In this document: positions 51,255-53,509 of the stretch, piece by piece
How positions within the stretch are numbered: the stretch's first letter is position 1
How the letters are laid out: each line of letters starts with the position of its first letter
Origin: a virus
Taxonomy: Duplodnaviria; Caudoviricetes
IMG/VR virus record: IMGVR_UViG_3300028045_000002
Span: 1 to 53,509 of that record
Direction: 5' to 3' (one strand)
DNA length: 53,509 bases
The notes under the pieces: model-generated
Database searches by the model: none
What the model saw: only the letters and a program-made list of their open reading frames with translations
Told to the model about the DNA's origin: nothing
Program-made: the position numbers and the translations under genes

Positions 51255-51769
51255 TAGTATAAACCTCCGCAATTGACCACTACTTCATCGGTGTAATCAC
51301 CGCAGTCGATGTCAACGAGATCATAGTCCACATCGCCACAATTGCCGACTACAAGATCTGCCGTGAACAACAATTCACTTGCCGCCAAGAAAGCCGCATA
51401 ATCAGTTGGCGACAAGGCACCGGCTTGCACTTCGCTGGCGAGATACAATTGAATCTCATTACCCCTGATCTGAAGACCGCTTGACGCTCTCCCAACCTTG
51501 AGGACAGGCGGCTGACTTGAAGCGGGAGGACTGTCAGCGTCTAGCGTCACCTCACGCCAGCGATCATCTATGAATACAGCGAACTTGTAAACCTTCCGAC
51601 TGTCAACTAGGCCGGAATCTTGAATGAACTTTTCCTGCTCAGACCAAGTCCTGAATGTTGACTTTCGCCCGACAGACTTTGTTGGGGGCTTGCCAGTATC
51701 AACCCTGAACGACTGCTCGAGATGCAACACCCTCTGAATTAGAGCGTCATATTCTTCCCGGTCGATCAT
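51254..51769 (-). CDS. Putative tail-associated protein
   Basis: Coupled to both neighbours; ASEVQAGALSPTDY fibre-like motif; IDCG/VNCGG repeats. Confidence 0.6.
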   Translation of the reverse strand: MIDREEYDALIQRVLHLEQSFRVDTGKPPTKSVGRKSTFRTWSEQEKFIQDSGLVDSRKVYKFAVFIDDRWREVTLDADSPPASSQPPVLKVGRASSGLQIRGNEIQLYLASEVQAGALSPTDYAAFLAASELLFTADLVVGNCGDVDYDLVDIDCGDYTDEVVVNCGGLY

Positions 51770-53509
51770 TTCTGCCTCTTTGGAACGAAGGACATCGCAA
51801 GCTCGCCAATCTCTGCGTAAGGGACAGACCAGACATGGTTGAAGTACGTTGTCGAGTCAAACAATCCACCCTCAAGCCTCATGGCGATGTACCGGAACTT
51901 CTTCCCCGGCATTCTGAGCTGGAAGATTGATTCATCTTCATCGGTCTCAGATGTTGCATCGAACTGCTTGTCATAGACTTTCGAGTCATCCAGAGCCTCT
52001 CCCCACGGTGGCTCAAAACCATCCCCAACCTTGAAAGAGAAGACTTCAAAGTGCCATTGGCCAACCATATCGCCAGACTCTAGACCAGAACTCTTCCCGG
52101 TGAACGAAACATGGAGGCGCTTCAGCTTCTTCCTTGCTGCAAAGTTCCCCATGTCAAAGTAGCCAGTCTCAAGCAGCATTCGCTTTTTGAGAGGGTTGAG
52201 GGCAACATCCTCAGCATCACTATCCAGATAGTCGTAATACCTCTGCCTGCTATAAAAGTAGGGGAGGAACGGTTCGGTTGTGGTGACATCGCCAATTGGG
52301 GAGCTTCCAACGGGAATCATCAGGTTGTGCCCATCGTTGAAGGGCAACCCAAGAGTAGCAAGCGTTCCAACATCGCTGGTGTCTGCAAGCATCATGTCTT
52401 TGTATATCGAAAACTCTCCAGCATCCGCTGCCGAGACAGACAGGTTAATGTCCGTCTTTAAGGTTTCCGCTCTCCATGCCTTAGCCAGAAGGCTGTACAC
52501 CAATACCCGAGGCTGGTATGTCGGGTTCATGTTACCGGCCTGAGTGTGTCCCAAGAAGAACCTAGAGCCCCATGCAGACATTCCGGCGTCATGGGGGAGG
52601 TATAGCACCAGTTCGAACTTAAGGCTGTCTACGGCCAACCACGGGCCTCCAAAGACAAGTCCGCTTACAAGCTCAAGATCACTGGCAAACTCATCGTAAT
52701 TGAGAACCTCACTCACTCTGGCCGGAGTGCCGCCACGCTTGGATGACCAGACTCCGTTATAGCCAACCCAGTAGACGGTGTCGCCAAAGGCGCAGACAAG
52801 CGATCTTGCAGCCAGTCCGATACCGGGGAACTCCCCAATGCGGCCCCAGCTCGTATCGAGACCACCACGAACATCAAGGACCACTGTTGCGTTTTCGAAG
52901 AACAGGTACATCATTCCGGCAAGCGACTTGGCCCCAACAAGCATTCCAGCCTTAGGGAACTCGACATAGTTGAGTTCTCCAACGATGCTGTATCTACCAG
53001 TCTCAGAGTAGTAGGCCCTGCTCTCCTCACCATCCCTTGCATACCAAGCCCTGTCCCCCTCAACAGCTTTCATGTACAGGTCAGTATCGTAGATATTCTC
53101 ACTGTTACGGATCATCGCCTGAAGCGTAGTGCCGAGCATTGTCTCCGCTGACTCCCCAGCGAGATCGTCACCATAATCAGCGTATGTTACCAAGGCATCC
53201 CTGCTGATTGGGGCGAAGAACTCGTCAGCATATATCCCCCAAATTGAGGGTGTGATTATGTTCGACCTTGAGTCCATGAGTGGGGCAGACATCAGGGACG
53301 CACCAAGACTTGAAGCCGCCCACGGCCCCATCCGAAGATCAATTGTAAACAGCCACGTTTCGGTAGGATCTGAAGTATGGGCTATCGACTTCATTCTCCT
53401 AAAGAAATGCGCCTTTGCGTATTCAGGCATGTAGTGGGAGTTGTTGCCATCAGTAAACTTGAAAGCCTGAAATGCCACAACCGTCTTATTGTCAACACTG
53501 ACATCCGTG
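51766..53509 (-). CDS. 3' part of the ~2056-aa tail nozzle/stabilisation (P22 gp10-like) protein that starts at 4554
   Basis: Beta-propeller-like FGDTVYWVGYNGVW; C-terminal LETGYFDMGNFAARKKLKRLHV..GKKFRYIAMRLEG; the track's start at 53478 is an internal Val. Confidence 0.85.
   Translation of the reverse strand, partial: TDVSVDNKTVVAFQAFKFTDGNNSHYMPEYAKAHFFRRMKSIAHTSDPTETWLFTIDLRMGPWAASSLGASLMSAPLMDSRSNIITPSIWGIYADEFFAPISRDALVTYADYGDDLAGESAETMLGTTLQAMIRNSENIYDTDLYMKAVEGDRAWYARDGEESRAYYSETGRYSIVGELNYVEFPKAGMLVGAKSLAGMMYLFFENATVVLDVRGGLDTSWGRIGEFPGIGLAARSLVCAFGDTVYWVGYNGVWSSKRGGTPARVSEVLNYDEFASDLELVSGLVFGGPWLAVDSLKFELVLYLPHDAGMSAWGSRFFLGHTQAGNMNPTYQPRVLVYSLLAKAWRAETLKTDINLSVSAADAGEFSIYKDMMLADTSDVGTLATLGLPFNDGHNLMIPVGSSPIGDVTTTEPFLPYFYSRQRYYDYLDSDAEDVALNPLKKRMLLETGYFDMGNFAARKKLKRLHVSFTGKSSGLESGDMVGQWHFEVFSFKVGDGFEPPWGEALDDSKVYDKQFDATSETDEDESIFQLRMPGKKFRYIAMRLEGGLFDSTTYFNHVWSVPYAEIGELAMSFVPKRQK
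53383..53509. repeat. Exact 127-nt terminal direct repeat, copy 2
   Basis: Identical to 1-127. Confidence 0.97.

Noticed and set aside
53383-53509. 127-nt terminal repeat as the biological DTR
   Set aside because: The length matches a standard assembler k-mer and it falls mid-gene; it indicates circularity only.
1-53509. Alternative genetic code, DGR/retron or integrase module
   Set aside because: The standard code gives dense, uninterrupted long genes; no reverse transcriptase or recombinase motifs were seen.

Overview
This window is an apparently complete, circularly permuted dsDNA tailed-phage genome with podovirus-type architecture. It has 53,382 bp of unique sequence; bases 1-127 repeat exactly at 53383-53509 (assembly overlap). 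Two divergent arms flank a ~1.1 kb non-coding, hairpin-dense region (18554-19692). The + arm (19.7-29.6 kb) carries small early genes, a Sak4-like AAA ATPase, a DUF669 SSB, a resolvase-like nuclease and DUF932. The - arm carries accessory genes (Tad2/DUF2829-like, GNAT, GroES), then terS/terL, portal, scaffold, major capsid and three adaptor-ring paralogues. It continues with a 2056-aa tail protein that crosses the contig junction and is mostly missed by the ORF track, then tail fibre, ejection proteins, a 4530-aa giant protein and an M15 endolysin. The standout is the 4530-aa protein. It carries motifs of a single-chain two-barrel (crAss/QDE-1-type) RNA polymerase with an unusual RDTDGD catalytic loop, plus zincin, papain-like and ADP-ribosyltransferase-like modules, two of them within or next to the polymerase region. 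Other notable items are a GGA/GAA-loop hairpin array, a tRNA-like element with an expanded anticodon arm, a glycoside hydrolase fused to an adaptor ring, and an adaptor gene split by a holin-like ORF. I recognised no DNA polymerase, primase/helicase or integrase. All calls are by-eye motif recognition; no searches were run.
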